DNA of 64,000 nucleotides from Callorhinchus milii (taxonomy: Eukaryota), in the NCBI RefSeq assembly GCF_018977255.1, contig NW_024704743.1, forward strand, positions 37,760,001-37,824,000. The letters are read 5' to 3'. Both the position numbers and the translations under genes were made by a program. Of the stretch, positions 12,099 through 24,501 are shown piece by piece. The first letter of the stretch is position 1. Each line of letters starts with the position of its first letter. The notes beneath the pieces are model-generated. The model was not told the origin of the DNA. It saw nothing but the letters and a program-made list of their open reading frames with translations, and did not search any database.

Positions 12099-14769
12099 AG
12101 CCAAATGTGCACAGCAGTGTACCACAGTGTCGTGGATTGAATGTGTAGTACTGTATGTGTATTTTACGTGTACAATATTAGTGATGTCTTTCTTATAGAC
12201 ATACTATGGTTAAGCAAACCAAAATGTTTGCGTCTTTAAAATACCTAGTTTTGGACATTTAATGCTATGAGAACTCAAATTGTCTTTCTTTAATTCTTCA
12301 GTATTGTGACTGGAAGAATCCAGGGTAATCTGTGTAACACAGTGACAACCCTGTGGGAAATCCAATAATGACTGTTATTACATCCTATCTAGAACACTCA
12401 TTAGAAAAGGCAAGAAGCTAATATATAGTTTGTGCATAATAAATCATAGCCAAGTGTAGTGGTGTCTCCTTCTTTCCATTTCAATCATTTTAGATACTTT
12501 AAATGGTGTTTTATATTATCTCCTTTTATTTCTTGAGATGAAATTTTTTTGTCTCATTTTATTCTTTGAGATGAATATTTGGATGAGCCATTTTAATAGC
12601 TCAAATTGCTCAAATTGTACAATGGAACCATAACAGAGCAAGTAATTATCTTGATCTTGAAAATAAATATATTATTTTATACATTCCTAGACACTACCTG
12701 GGCGAAAGGCACTATATAAATGCAAGTTGTTGTTGTTGATCCAATTGATTTAGAAATTATGCTATATTTTAAATATTTCTAGACTCAGTGAAATGCATCC
12801 AAGAGCGTTTATAATTCAACAACTTGCATTTATATAGGACTTTTCGCCCAGTGAGTGTCAAGCAGCGTTCAAATGTAATACAAAATAATATAACATATAA
12901 TATAAAACAATATAATCAAATTTTATGATAATAATTATTATATTTGATATAGCACCCATAATATCAAACTGCTTCACAGGTAATTGCTGTCCAGGGTAGT
13001 GGCTGTGTATTTTGCACACATTTTGTAGATTGAGGCCCCACAAACAGACATAAGGCAAATGATCAAGTTATCTGGTGGGTTGTTGGCAAGGATGAAACTC
13101 AGTTCCCTTTGTCATAGGATTTTCAACATCCACCTGAATTAGGAAGATGGCCCTTGGTTTGATGCTTCATCCAGGGCAATGTAGAACTGTCCTGATACTG
13201 CACTGGTGTATCAGCCTGGACTATGAGCTTATGTCTTGAAGTGAGGCTTGAATTGACAACCTTCTGATTGAGAGTCAAGAATACTTCCCAAGTAACTGAG
13301 CCCAACTGTCTGAATTTGTACAAATGAACAAACAATGGAGTAGAGTACGGAAGCTTTACTAGTACTACATTTGTGTCTTATAAATATTAGATAGTAATTT
13401 CGCATGATCTGCCACGGCAGAGAGATGAGCAAACAAAGCCAGAGAACTGAGCCCGTCTGAGCTGTTCAGTTCCATCAAACGTAACCAGATCAAATGTTTT
13501 GACAATCTAACCTTGTCCAGTTTTTTCCAAAATGTTTGTGAAGGACTAGAGCAGACACCAAGGGGAGAATTCCAAAACTATTCACAGACACCAGAGAATG
13601 GTGAAACCAAGAGATAAAATGCATCAGATGGAATTTGTACCTTAATCAGAATACATCATTCAGTGGGTGACAAACTGAACCTCAGCATGATTGATTGAGT
13701 CAGCAGCTGCTTGTACATTGGGATGTCTCGGGAATGGTTTAATATATAATGTCTGTTTTGCTGAGGATTTGAACAAGTGGCTGAGCCAGAACCAGAAAAG
13801 ACAAAGGAGTAACCCACAATATTCTGTACCTGTTGCTTGTAAAATTGTCTTCATCTATATGGAGATCTGTAGCTTATTGGTTTGTGCTTACCTGGTCACT
13901 CAATCCACAACTGTTTGTGGGACATTGCTGTGCGCAAATTGCTGCCGCGCTTCGCCCACAAAATATGCAGTCAATTCACTTGACAGCATATTCTGTGAAG
14001 CGCTTTGAGATGTCTAGAAGATGTGATAAGGTGCTATATCAAATGCAAGAGTTATTTTTATTTTTATTATTTATGATGTTCCTGTTATGAAATTATGTAG
14101 TTGTGAAACTATCACACTCCTGAGTTAATATGGGTCTCTTCTGCATTACACTAATAATGCTAACAGACAGGGTAGGTTTTATTTTCATTTTGTAGGTCAT
14201 CTTCAAACACGTAATGTTGTATTTGTCGCAGAATTGAACCGCTCACCAATAAATTGAACATTGTGACATCTATGGCATTTCCAAAGGCAAAACTTGGTAA
14301 ATTAAAGGCAATCTCTCATAGTGTCAGGTCTTTGTTATTCATCATCTGGAAGACTTGGTTCACCGGAGGCTGTTGGACTGTTATCAGTGATCTGAGCATT
14401 CAAGACATCTCATACTGCACATCAGGCTTCAATCAGCTTATTAGCCATCAGGGAAAAAGCTTTGTGCTAAGGTTCTTATACCTTGAAAAAAACTAAACAT
14501 AAAACTCTGCACAAATGTTTACAATTTTTCGTCTGATGTTTTACAAACTTTGTAAACTGTACAAACTGTACTGTACTGTACTGGAGATGTTTGCTATGTG
14601 TACAGGTTATCACAGGTATCAGGAGAATGACTACACACACACACAGACACGCACAAGGAGGAATTGAATTTTGTTTAGCGCCACTGCGGGTTGGAAAATC
14701 TCAAAATGTTGTAAAGTAATTACTGACCAGTACCAACTCATTTTGTAGGCAGGTTTGTCAAATTCTACC

Positions 14770-15095
14770 TATCCTCCTGGGTGTTGGGGGAGGGCAAGGG
14801 AAAGGTAAGTGAGGTCTCCTTGGGGTTGAGCTTCTTTAAGATAACAAGCTTGGCAACAAAATGTCAGCAATACGTCAATCCTCTGTGAAGTGGTTCCGAG
14901 GTGACATGCCTGGCAATGGAATATCGGAATGGAGCCAGCCCTCTGTGGCGGTCTCGTTCATCTGGTTCCTGAGCCAGGCGGGTCCGGAGTATTCCAGGGC
15001 ACTGCTGATGACAGCCCAAACAGCCTGGTTCATCAGGAGGATCTGGAAAGGCAGACCAGTCACCGGTGACAGGGAATCCTCCCACTGTTCAGCAT
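14770..15095 (+). repeat. Unclassified dispersed repeat 'family X', internal fragment
   Basis: Shares CCCTCTGTGGCGGTCTC..GGTTCCTGAGCCAGG..TATTCCAGGGCACT.CTGATGACAGC with 30465-31030, 37823-38295 and 38765-40785. Confidence 0.85.
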
Positions 15096-15629
15096 GGTGA
15101 TGAGTTTCTGTACGTGTCATGAATCTGGCTGACTCCCCACCCCTACCCCCCCACATCCCCCACCCCACAAAAAAAAATGGTCAAGCTCCATATATTGACT
15201 TCTGATTGAAAGGGTGGCACCCAATGCACTCAACTTAGTGCCCACATGCAGGAATTCTGCCTGAGCTGTGTGAGGAAGCTGTGCAGTCACAGAAGGAAGT
15301 GGATTGTCAACCTCTACCCAGGATAAATGGTATACACAAGAACCCTGATTATCACAGTTATTCCTTGCTGTGAAGAATTTTAATTATATACTTCTGTAGA
15401 ACATTAGCATATTCTAAGTTTAAGAACCACAACCCTACAATTAGGTTTGTTGAAATGAATAGCACTCATCAAAACAAGGAGCACCAGCAAAACAGTGTCA
15501 ATTAAAATACTTAGACCCACGTACAAATGATGATATTCTTCTTCATGTTCCTAGTTTTAGTTCCAGTCACACATTGGACTGAATCAGGCTGTTCGACCCA
15601 TCAAGTCTGCATTGGTGTTTTTCTCAGTA

Positions 15630-16140
15630 GAAACACGGACATTTACAACGTAAAAGAAGGCCATTCAGCCCATTCAGCTGTGTGCTGGCTTTATTTAGTC
15701 CCTTTACTTGTCTTCAACACATACCCCTGCAAGTTATTCCTTTAGAGATAGCTTGTTCCCTCTTTAAAGATAATCTGGATTCTGCCTCACTCACAGGGCA
15801 TTCCACATCCGAAAGAAATAAAATACTGTGAATCTCTCCCGTTTCTATATATATATAGGAACATAGGAACAGGATTAGCATTCAGCCCCTCAAATCTGTT
15901 CCGCCATTCTATAAGATCATAGCTATTGTGTACCTCAACTCCAATTATCTTTATTGTCCTCTTTATTATCCTCCCTTGTTAACTATGTTAAATTGATGGC
16001 CTCCAGTCACCTTCTCACCAAATAGTAGAAATAATTTGTCCCTACCTACTCTATAAAAACCTTCATCATCTTGACTTTATCAAGTCCCTCAAAAACCTTT
16101 TCTGTTCCAACAAAAATAGATCTGGTTCCTCTAGTCTCTG
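15630..16140 (-). mobile_element. Degenerate CR1 LINE 3' fragments
   Basis: TAGGAACATAGGAACAGGA..CATTCAGCCC is the reverse complement of the shark-type CR1 3' end (compare 40540-40600). Confidence 0.6.
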
Positions 16141-16259
16141 CTTATGGGTCGAATCAGTCATCCTTGGTATCGCAAAAGATCAACGTAATCACTCGCACTC
16201 ACCTCCTCACTCAACAAACTCTTGAATATTCTCCTCTTCAAATGCCTATCTAATTTCTG

Positions 16260-16630
16260 TAGACCTGTAGCTCAGTGGTTAGAGCGCTCACCTCGCAAGT
16301 CAGAGGACCTGTGTTCAATTCCCAGGCAAGGCAAAACTTTAGGCAAGTTTCCTTACTCCACATTCCCCTGTTTACCTAGGAGGAAGTAGGAATCCAGTTG
16401 TTCGTCAATTGGATCGCTTTCCGGGGGTAATAATTCCTTCAAATAAAGATAAATAATAATAATTTAGTCCAATCCACGACACTATGGGACACTGCTGTGC
16501 GCAATTGGCTACTGCATTTCGTCCACAAAACACACGGTCACTACACTTTACATATAATCTATGAAGCGCTTTGAGACTTCTCAAAGATGTGATAAAGCTC
16601 TATATCAAATGCAAGGATTATTATCATTAT
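16260..16630 (+). mobile_element. Deu SINE, long subfamily
   Basis: tRNA-like head CTGTAGCTCAGTGGTTAGAGCG, long-subfamily insert, Deu core and tail. Confidence 0.88.
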
Positions 16631-17019
16631 TGTATTATATATTCCCTTTAAAACCATTTATAGTTTTCCTCAACAATGATTTCTGGCAGAGATTTCGACA
16701 CGAAAACCACCCTTATTGACATACGCAGATACAAACATACATACAAACATACGATTTTTAAACTTTTTTGCCCAGAAGTATTGTCTTCTTGTCTGTCTCA
16801 TTCTTCATTTTGTGGTGAAATTGCACAAAGTAACATTGATTTCCACATTTATCTCACTGATGTACACTGGAGAACTCACGTTCCAGTACTCTGAGACACT
16901 ACCTCATGTAAAAGAGCATTATATAAAGCCAACTTGTTGAATTTGTTGAGTAAGCCAAGACGTATCTGCTACTACTCCACTGAAAAATTCTACCAGTTTT
17001 TTTTCATAGACGATGAACT

Positions 17020-17348
17020 CACAGGTTTCAGGTGACACTCCAGTGCAGCACTGGTGGCTTGCCTCATCGCTGGAGGTGCTGTCCTTCAGATGGGACTTTA
17101 AGCCGAGGTCCATCTGCCTGTTCAGGGTGACGTTAAAGATCCCATGGCACTATTCAAAAAGAGAAGGGAATTTCTCCCAGTTAACTGGCCAACAATCCCC
17201 CAAATATATTGGTCATTCATTTCATGACAATTTGTGGGATGGCCACAAATAAGTAATCAGTCCACTTTACAGCAAATCCTGTGAAACACTTTAGGGATGT
17301 CTTCCTGACATGATAAAGCACTATACCAAAATGCAAGGATTATTATTA
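17020..17348 (+). mobile_element. Older Deu-domain SINE
   Basis: TGACACTCCAGTGCAGCACTG..GTCCTTCAGATGGGAC..AAAGATCCCATGGCACTATTC body and AAATGCAAGGATTATT tail. Confidence 0.7.
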
Positions 17349-18574
17349 AGAGCACGCTACCACACAAATCATTATCTTCAGCATGAGGTAAAATCTTAAT
17401 TGCCAACAGTCTGAGAAATCTACAAATTACTTTGTGTGGGGGGGTAGCTGTATAACACTGCTGGCCGGATATGCTTCAGGCATTCGCTTCAGATCTAACT
17501 TTGCTTTTGTACGATTGATGAGTACAAAAACAAGGCAACCTGATGACGTCAAATATATAGTACAGAAGAATAACAAGCAATTTAAGGTGCAAAAAACATT
17601 TCCTTTGCTCTAGATTTGATGGCAGAGCAGACACACACTGTTCTAATATGTATTCAATGCAGAAAACGCCAAAGCTCTGGAACAATTTTTTTAAAATGAT
17701 GCAAAAACTATAATAATCCTTTCATTTGATATAACACCTCATTATCTGTTGAAATTACTCAAAGGACTTCACAGGATTACTGTAAAGTGTAGTGACTGCA
17801 TTTTTGTAAGCAAACACAGTAGTCACTTTGCATACGGCAATGAGTGAATGATCAATTTTATTTGGGGGATTGTTATAGTGCCACAGATTCATTGAAGTCC
17901 ACCTCAACAGATCTCCTTTGAAGGATGGCAACTCCAACAATGCAACACTCCCTCAGCACTATGCTGAAGCGTCAGCCACTGCTTTTGTTTCAGAAACTAT
18001 TTGAAAGCCAGATTTTTATCTATATGAACTGCTTTGCTTTAAATAAATAATGTGTGTGTGTGTGTGGGGGGGGGGCGGGGTGGGTGGGATGTGGGAGGGG
18101 GCAGGAGAGGGTTGATTGGAAAGAAGTGTGCTTCGGTGTGGAGGTTGGGAGAGAAAGATTGGTGTGGTCTTGAGGTTTTAGTTTTGGAGGGTGACAGTTT
18201 TTGAGACACACTGTATAACTGGGTTTCTATACAGACAATTTTAGGTGAAAGTGTCATGATGGATATGCAGATTTTAATATTACAGCTACAGAAATTAGAT
18301 GGCTGAGTTACACTGATCGATTTAAGATTGAAACAGGAAAACAAAGGTCAGCCAGTTTACTCATCAGGTGAAGTATAAACATATGAAATGGCCTGAAGGT
18401 TAAGTGACTCATCCTCAAAAGGAGGATCTATTTACGAATGCAATCGTTCTTGAGTCACTAATTCAACATATGGCCTGGCTCAAAAAAGAACCATTCCAGT
18501 GATGTCTCTGAATTTGTAATTATAACTGCCTCAGGTTAGACTCCATTCACCACAGGAGATGGGTTTTTGATATG

Positions 18575-18672
18575 TTTTTTTTTTGGTCAGCCGGGCATCT
18601 GACATATGTAGAAACCCATCATTATGCTTAAGAATATCCAAACCAAACTGAAAATTCCACGCATCCCACCTA
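18575..18672 (-). repeat. Family X terminal fragment
   Basis: T10 followed by GGTCAGCCGGGCATCTGACATATGTAGAAACCCATCATTATGCTTAAG, the reverse complement of the terminus at 30960-31030 and 40720-40785. Confidence 0.8.
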
Positions 18673-19038
18673 AATGATCTGTACAATGACCATAGCCTAG
18701 CTGGAGGTTACTAACTGCCGTGTAATTAACATATCATAAAAGTTATAACAACGTAAAATCACATTAAAATCTTTCATTAAACCTGCCAGTCAGCAACACC
18801 AAGACCTAGTATAATTACTTTTCTGTTGTAACAAGTAGGATTTTAATGATTTCACTACAGGTGTCCCACCTTGTCTTATATTGATATGTGAAGCATCAAA
18901 GCAGAAACCGAAAAGGTCTTTCTTTTTCCTTCAGTAATATTTCTCTCCTATCTGATGTGTCTGACTCAGTTTTGGGTTATAATTTATTACCTTCTATTTC
19001 TCATTTTTTATTTATTATTTATTGGCTGTGATATTTTC

Positions 19039-19353
19039 TGGAGTTCTGTAGCTCAGTGGTTAGAGCACTCGCCTCGCAAGCGAGAGACCTGGGTTTGATT
19101 CCTGACGGGGTGAAACCTTGGGCAAGTTTCCTCACTCCACACACCTGATAATAATCCCTCAAGAAAAAAAAAATAATAATAATTTGGTCACTTCAATCCA
19201 CGACTATTTGTGGGACACTGCTGTGTGCAATTGGCTGCCGCGTTTCACCCACAAATATACAGTCAATTCACTTTACAGTATATTCTGTGAAGCACTTTGA
19301 GATATCTAGAAGATGTGAAAAGCACTATATCAAATGCAAGGATTATTATTATT
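19039..19353 (+). mobile_element. tRNA-headed Deu SINE (full length)
   Basis: Intact head, Deu core and tail. Confidence 0.92.
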
Positions 19354-19614
19354 ATCACCTCATCTCTGGGAGATTTACCCTATATATTTTTTTGATAACT
19401 TTCATACTTTCTCAAAAAAATACTTTCATTCCAGATCTGAAATATCTTTTTAGGTTCCCTGTTGTAGCACCAAAATTAACTTTGTGCTTGCTCTGTGCTG
19501 TATTTTTGTTGTGACTTTGCTTTGTTTTAATAATAATAATAATCCTTGCATTTGATGTGGCGCCTTACCATTTCGTTGAGACATCTCAAAGCGTGAAACA
19601 AGGCAGGCAAACAC

Positions 19615-19990
19615 TAATAATAATAATAATAATAATAATAATCCTTGCATTTTGATATAGCGCTTTTCACGTTGGGAGGACGTCCCAAAGCGCTTCACAG
19701 AATATACTATAAAGTGAATTGACTGTATATTTGTGGGCGAACGCGGCAGCCAATTGCGCACAGCAATGTCCCACAAACAGTCGTAGATTGAAAATGACCA
19801 ATTTATTATTGTTTTTGGTTTTGGAGTGGACTGAGTGACCAATTTTTTTTGAGGGATTATTACCTCCGGAAAGCGATCCTTCAGTCAACTACTGCATTCC
19901 TATTTAGTGCTAGATAAACTGAGGCATGTGGATTAAGGAAGCTTGCCTAAGGTTTTGCCATGCCCGAGAATCGAACCATGCAAAGCGAAT
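19615..19990 (-). mobile_element. Deu SINE (young 3' part joined to an older long-subfamily 5' part)
   Basis: (AAT)n tail, GGGACGTCCTCCCAACGTG-type tail and Deu core, followed by degenerate long-subfamily sequence and head. Confidence 0.8.
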
Positions 19991-20146
19991 GTTCCAAACA
20001 ATACACTACAACAACAACTTGCATTTGTATAGCGCCATCCACGCCAGGCAGCATCCCAGGGAGCTTAACAATGGTAAAGCCCGAATACAATAAAAAATCA
20101 ATATGATAGAATACTACGGGTTCCGAGATTGAACGTGAAACTTGTA

Positions 20147-20545
20147 TTTTTTTGGCCAGCTGGATGTCTGACACACACACACGCACGGAAACCCACAACC
20201 ATGATCAGCTGGGTGTCTGACAAACACACACACAAGGAAACCCGTCACCGTGATCAGCCAGGTGTCTGACAAACGCGGAAACCCGTCACCGTGATCAAAC
20301 CCGTCACCGTGATCAGTCGGTTGTCTGACACACGCAGAAACCCATCACTGTGAACAGCTAGGTGTCTGATACACACACGCGGAAACCCATCACCATGATC
20401 AGTCGGTTGTCTGACACACGCAGAAACCCATCACTGTGATCAGCTGGGTGTCTGATACACACACACATGCACACATACGCAGAAACCCCTCACCGTGTTC
20501 AGTCGGGTGTCTGACACATGCAGAAACCCATCACCGTTTTTAAAC
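20147..20545. repeat. Tandem array of ~41-58 bp units derived from the family X terminus
   Basis: 8 units plus one partial unit of CAG(C/T)(C/T)GGGTGTCTGA(CA)nCGC(A/G)GAAACCC(A/G)TCACCGTGAT. Confidence 0.9.
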
Positions 20546-20623
20546 AGGGTTCATTATATTCACAGAACCACTCAGCTACACTGCCAGATTCCATCGCTAT
20601 TGGAGAAGTAGCATGGAAAGTGA

Positions 20624-21497
20624 TAAAATATGCTGTCAGCAGCAGTAGGAGAGCAACTTTGATAACTTGTTTGCGCTCTCTAGAAAAATTTAATTCAAAA
20701 GACAGGTGCAAGAAATTTTTCACAGCTTTGACAATGTGTGCTGACAAGGGCTTGCATGCAGCCTGGGTACAGCGGCCTGATAAAAATGGGAAAAAATAAG
20801 ATCTAGATAAGGTGGAGGGAATAAATTTTAATTTAGAACTCATAGATCCCTAGGTGTTAGATTAACATGTTGAATTTTATGTGTAGGACCTTGGTTTGAT
20901 CCTAGCTCTGACTGATGCAATGAAAGTCGCCACTCTGAATGAGGTCAATCTAACAAGCTGAGATAAAGAAGCCTGAGTATTCTCAGGCTAGATCTCAGTG
21001 AACACTCCACAGTTCAAGTATGACCATAATCCACCACAATTGGCGAACTCACTCAGAGAGGGCTGGGAGTTAGCCGAGTGGAGGGGGTGAGCAGAGGAGT
21101 AGGGTAGGAGATCGGAGAGATAGGAGGTACTAGAATGTGGAGGGATTTATTAGTGAATACAAAGCGCCGTTGTATTAGTTGCATGTGATATCAGAAGAAC
21201 TTGGTATATTTGGAATGAGGAGTGAATATAAACCTGGATAACCAGGAGAAAGATGTAAAATATGCTGTCAGCAGCAGTAGGAGAGCAACTTTGATAACTT
21301 ATTTGCGCTCTCTAGAAAAATGTAATTCAAAAGATTCTGGTGCAAGAAATTTTTTACAGCTTTCACAATGTGTGTTGACAAGGGCTTGCATGCAGCCTGG
21401 GAACAGCGGCCTGATAAAAATGGGAAAAAATGAGATCTCGATAAGGTGGAGGGAATACATTTTGGACTTTAATTTAGAACTCATAAAATCCTAGGTG
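20624..21497 (+). repeat. Local direct duplication (~235 bp; 20624-20856 and 21256-21497)
   Basis: Both copies run from TAAAATATGCTGTCAGCAGCAGTAGGAGAGCAAC to ...TTTAGAACTCATA..CCTAGGTG. Confidence 0.9.
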
Positions 21498-22886
21498 AAT
21501 AACTTTGAAGCAGTTGTATAGATTGATGAAGGGGACCTCCTAACATCTATCTGAATCACAAGACAGACAGAACCTACGTAAATGACTCGATCAGAAAACA
21601 ACCCAATTTACATTTATATTGCATCCTTTCCATCTGGAGGATGTCTCGAAGCACTTCTCAAAAGTGACTGGGAGCTTGGGCTGAGTGGTGGGAGCTGGGA
21701 AGGGGAGTGAAAAAGTGGCTGAAAGTATGGTCATAGAGAGTGGTTTGAAGGCAGATAGGGAGAGGCATAGACAGAGGGACTCCAGGATGGAGTAGTTCCA
21801 CAGAGAGAGGCAGAATGTCTGAAGGTTTGCCCATTGAGAGTGGGATAGAGTGAGTGGGGGCTGGAAGAACAATGACGAGTTGATAACATGCCTGTGCCAC
21901 TCCACCCATCTTTGTAAATCATCCCTTTCTTTCATTAATCCTTGATCTGAAAATAATGAATAATAAACCTGAATTTAATATAGAATTTTATGCTGGCAAA
22001 TGCAACAGCTAATCTGCTGCATCAGCAAAATCCCAGAAAAATCAATGAGATGAAGAGAAAGTGACTAGTTTTCTATGTTCTTTGTTTCTTAGGGACAGTG
22101 TGTTTCGCCCACGAAATATACAGTAAATTCACTTTACAGGATATTCTGTGAAGCTTTTTGAGACATCTCAATGATGTGATAAGGCACTATATCAAATGCA
22201 AGGATTATTATTATTCTACTAAATTTTGCTTATTTATTTTCCACATCTGTGATGTGCTTTGATGATGACAGTTTAAAACAATTGTGCAATAGATGCCAAT
22301 TGAACCTTGTGCCTTAAGAATGGGTTTCTCAAAACCAAAATCAACGCAGATCAGTCTGAACAGTTCATTACTGGTGACGTGGCATGACTTTTCAGTTCAG
22401 CACTCATTTGCTTTGCACCAGTTCCTTCAAGCATTAAATTGTGGAGTCAATTGCAATCCCACTTTCTGTATGAAGTTAATGATAAAAACAGTGCAGAATT
22501 GAAAAATGAAGCAGTTGCTGAGTAGATTGATTAATTGACTTTCACATATGTTTGTTTGATCTGTAATTTTTTAGGAGACAAACTTGAAGAAACTATCTCT
22601 GGTGACTCCAGGCTGGGTGTTACCAACGATGGTCTCTTACCTTGTGTTCAGTGGGAAACGATCATGGTGTGGTCCAATTTCAACTCACAATCTGCACGGC
22701 ACTGATTATCTGGCTCTGAGGTCAAAATACAAGGCTTACAAATTACAAGAGTCTGTCATGCTTTTAATCTAAATTGATTTCCAGAATATGATTGTATTAG
22801 TAAACCATGTGCTCATGAGGTGCAAAATACTAAATTCGAAACTTGATCTCATCTGAATTGGCACACTTCGGGTTAATGGACTGAAT

Positions 22887-24092
22887 ACAACAACTAAAAC
22901 AACAAAATTACATGTGTGTAGCGGGAGGATGTCAGCCAGTGATTCAGATCTGAGCTGGGTGTCAGGATCGGGAAGAGTGGCGGGCAGGGGGAGAAGCAGG
23001 GTGATCAAAAACATGGTCAAAGAGGAGGGTCTTGAGATGGATCTTGAAGGTCGCAAGGGAGGGATTGAGGCGAAGGGACTGCGGGATGGAGTTCCAGAGG
23101 GTGGGGGCAGAGTGGCAGAATGCCCACCCACCAATGATGGGGCGGGTGAGGCGGGGACATGAAGCAGGCTGGAGTCTGCTGAGCGGAGGGAGCAGGCAGG
23201 ATGGTAGGGGGTTAAGAGTTCACAGAGGTAGTGGGGAGCGAGGCCATGGAGGACTTTGAAGGTGAGGACCAGGATCTTGAACTATACCCTATGTGTGATG
23301 GGAAGCCAATGGACTCAGGCGAGGATGGGGGTGATAGGGTTACGGAGCCTTGTGTCGGACATGACACAGGCTGCAGAGTTCTGCATAATCTGCAGTTTAT
23401 GGAGGGAGGAGTTGGGGAGGCCGACAAGCAAGAAATTTGCATAGTCGCGCTTCGATGTTATGAATGCATGTATGGGTTCTCGGCGGCCTGCGGTGTGAGT
23501 CAGCGGCGAAGCCGGGCAATGTTGCGGAGGTGGGGGAAGGCAATGCGGGTCATGGCACGGATGTGGGATAGAAAAATTAGTTGAGGGTCAAACAAGAAGC
23601 CAAGGTTCCGGACTGGCTTAGTAAGGTGGAGTGTGCATCCATGGATGGTGATGCTGTCAGCGCCTGAGGTGAGGCGCTGACGGGAGCCAATCAGGAGGGT
23701 CTCGGTCTTGTTGACGTTCAACTGTAGAAAGTTAGCTCTCATCCAGGACTTGATGTCTGACAGACATTCTGTCAGGACAGCAGTGGTCCTGGAGTCAAGA
23801 GTGGAGGCAGAGAGGTACAGTTAGGTGTCATCCGCATACATTTGGAAGTTGACCCCACGTCTGATAGATATTGAAGAGGAGGGGACCAAGGGCAGAGCCC
23901 TGAGGAATGCTGCATGAGACGGTGCGGGGGCTACAGGAGAAGCCATTTGTGGAGATGAAGTGGAGATGGTGTGAGAGGTACGATCTGAACCATTCAAAAA
24001 CAGAGCCGTGAAGGTTGAAGTGACAGGAGAGACGGTATATGAAGATAGAGTGTTCGATGGTGTCGAAGGCTGCAGAGATGTCAAGGAGGACT
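22887..24092 (-). mobile_element. L2 LINE, 5'-truncated (RT remnant to 3' tail)
   Basis: Minus-strand VLLDISAAFDT, IPQGSALGPLLFNIY, MYADDT and WMRANFLQLNVNKTE motifs with frameshifts; (CAA)n tail. Confidence 0.92.
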
Positions 24093-24501
24093 GGTGCGGG
24101 AATACTGAAAAAAGTTTCCATTATTTCAGTCTCACAGAAGTGAACTAATAAAAGATCTGTAAATAAAATGCCGTAAGCATGGGGCACTGGATTCCAGATC
24201 ATACAGTTCTTAGTTATTTAATCTATTAAAAAGATTTCTGTTTTGATGTTTTGTCATTAACATAGAAATGATGCAATGTACCTTTAAAAAGAAATAAGTT
24301 TATTGGAGATATATTTTGAAGTTACATGTGTTTGGACCTCCTATGGATTAACAAGTAAATAAAATGGTTCAACGAAAACTGGTGTTTAAAAACTCTTTGG
24401 AAATGAGGAGTGCGAGAGAGAGAGGATAACAGCTTCAAAACAAATTTCTCTCCATATTTCGAAGAACCACCTCATCGGTTCCAGTAACGTAGTTATCAGA
24501 T

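Noticed and set aside
15004..15011. CTGATGA as a hammerhead ribozyme core or snoRNA box C
   Set aside because: There is no stem II followed by GAAA and no clear C/D architecture. The motif is instead paired with a downstream TCATCAG.
14861..15168. Recurrent ORFs (..SALEY.GP.WLRNQ..ETATEG..) at 14.9, 30.4, 38.8 and 40.1 kb as a gene family
   Set aside because: They are copies of family X with inconsistent frames and no splice structure or recognisable domain. The resemblance to RTE-X/Vingi 'EYCAPVW' is too weak to call.
20147..20545. CRISPR-like repeat/spacer appearance
   Set aside because: The variable parts are CA-microsatellite length variants, not unique spacers. The context is a vertebrate genome with no cas genes.
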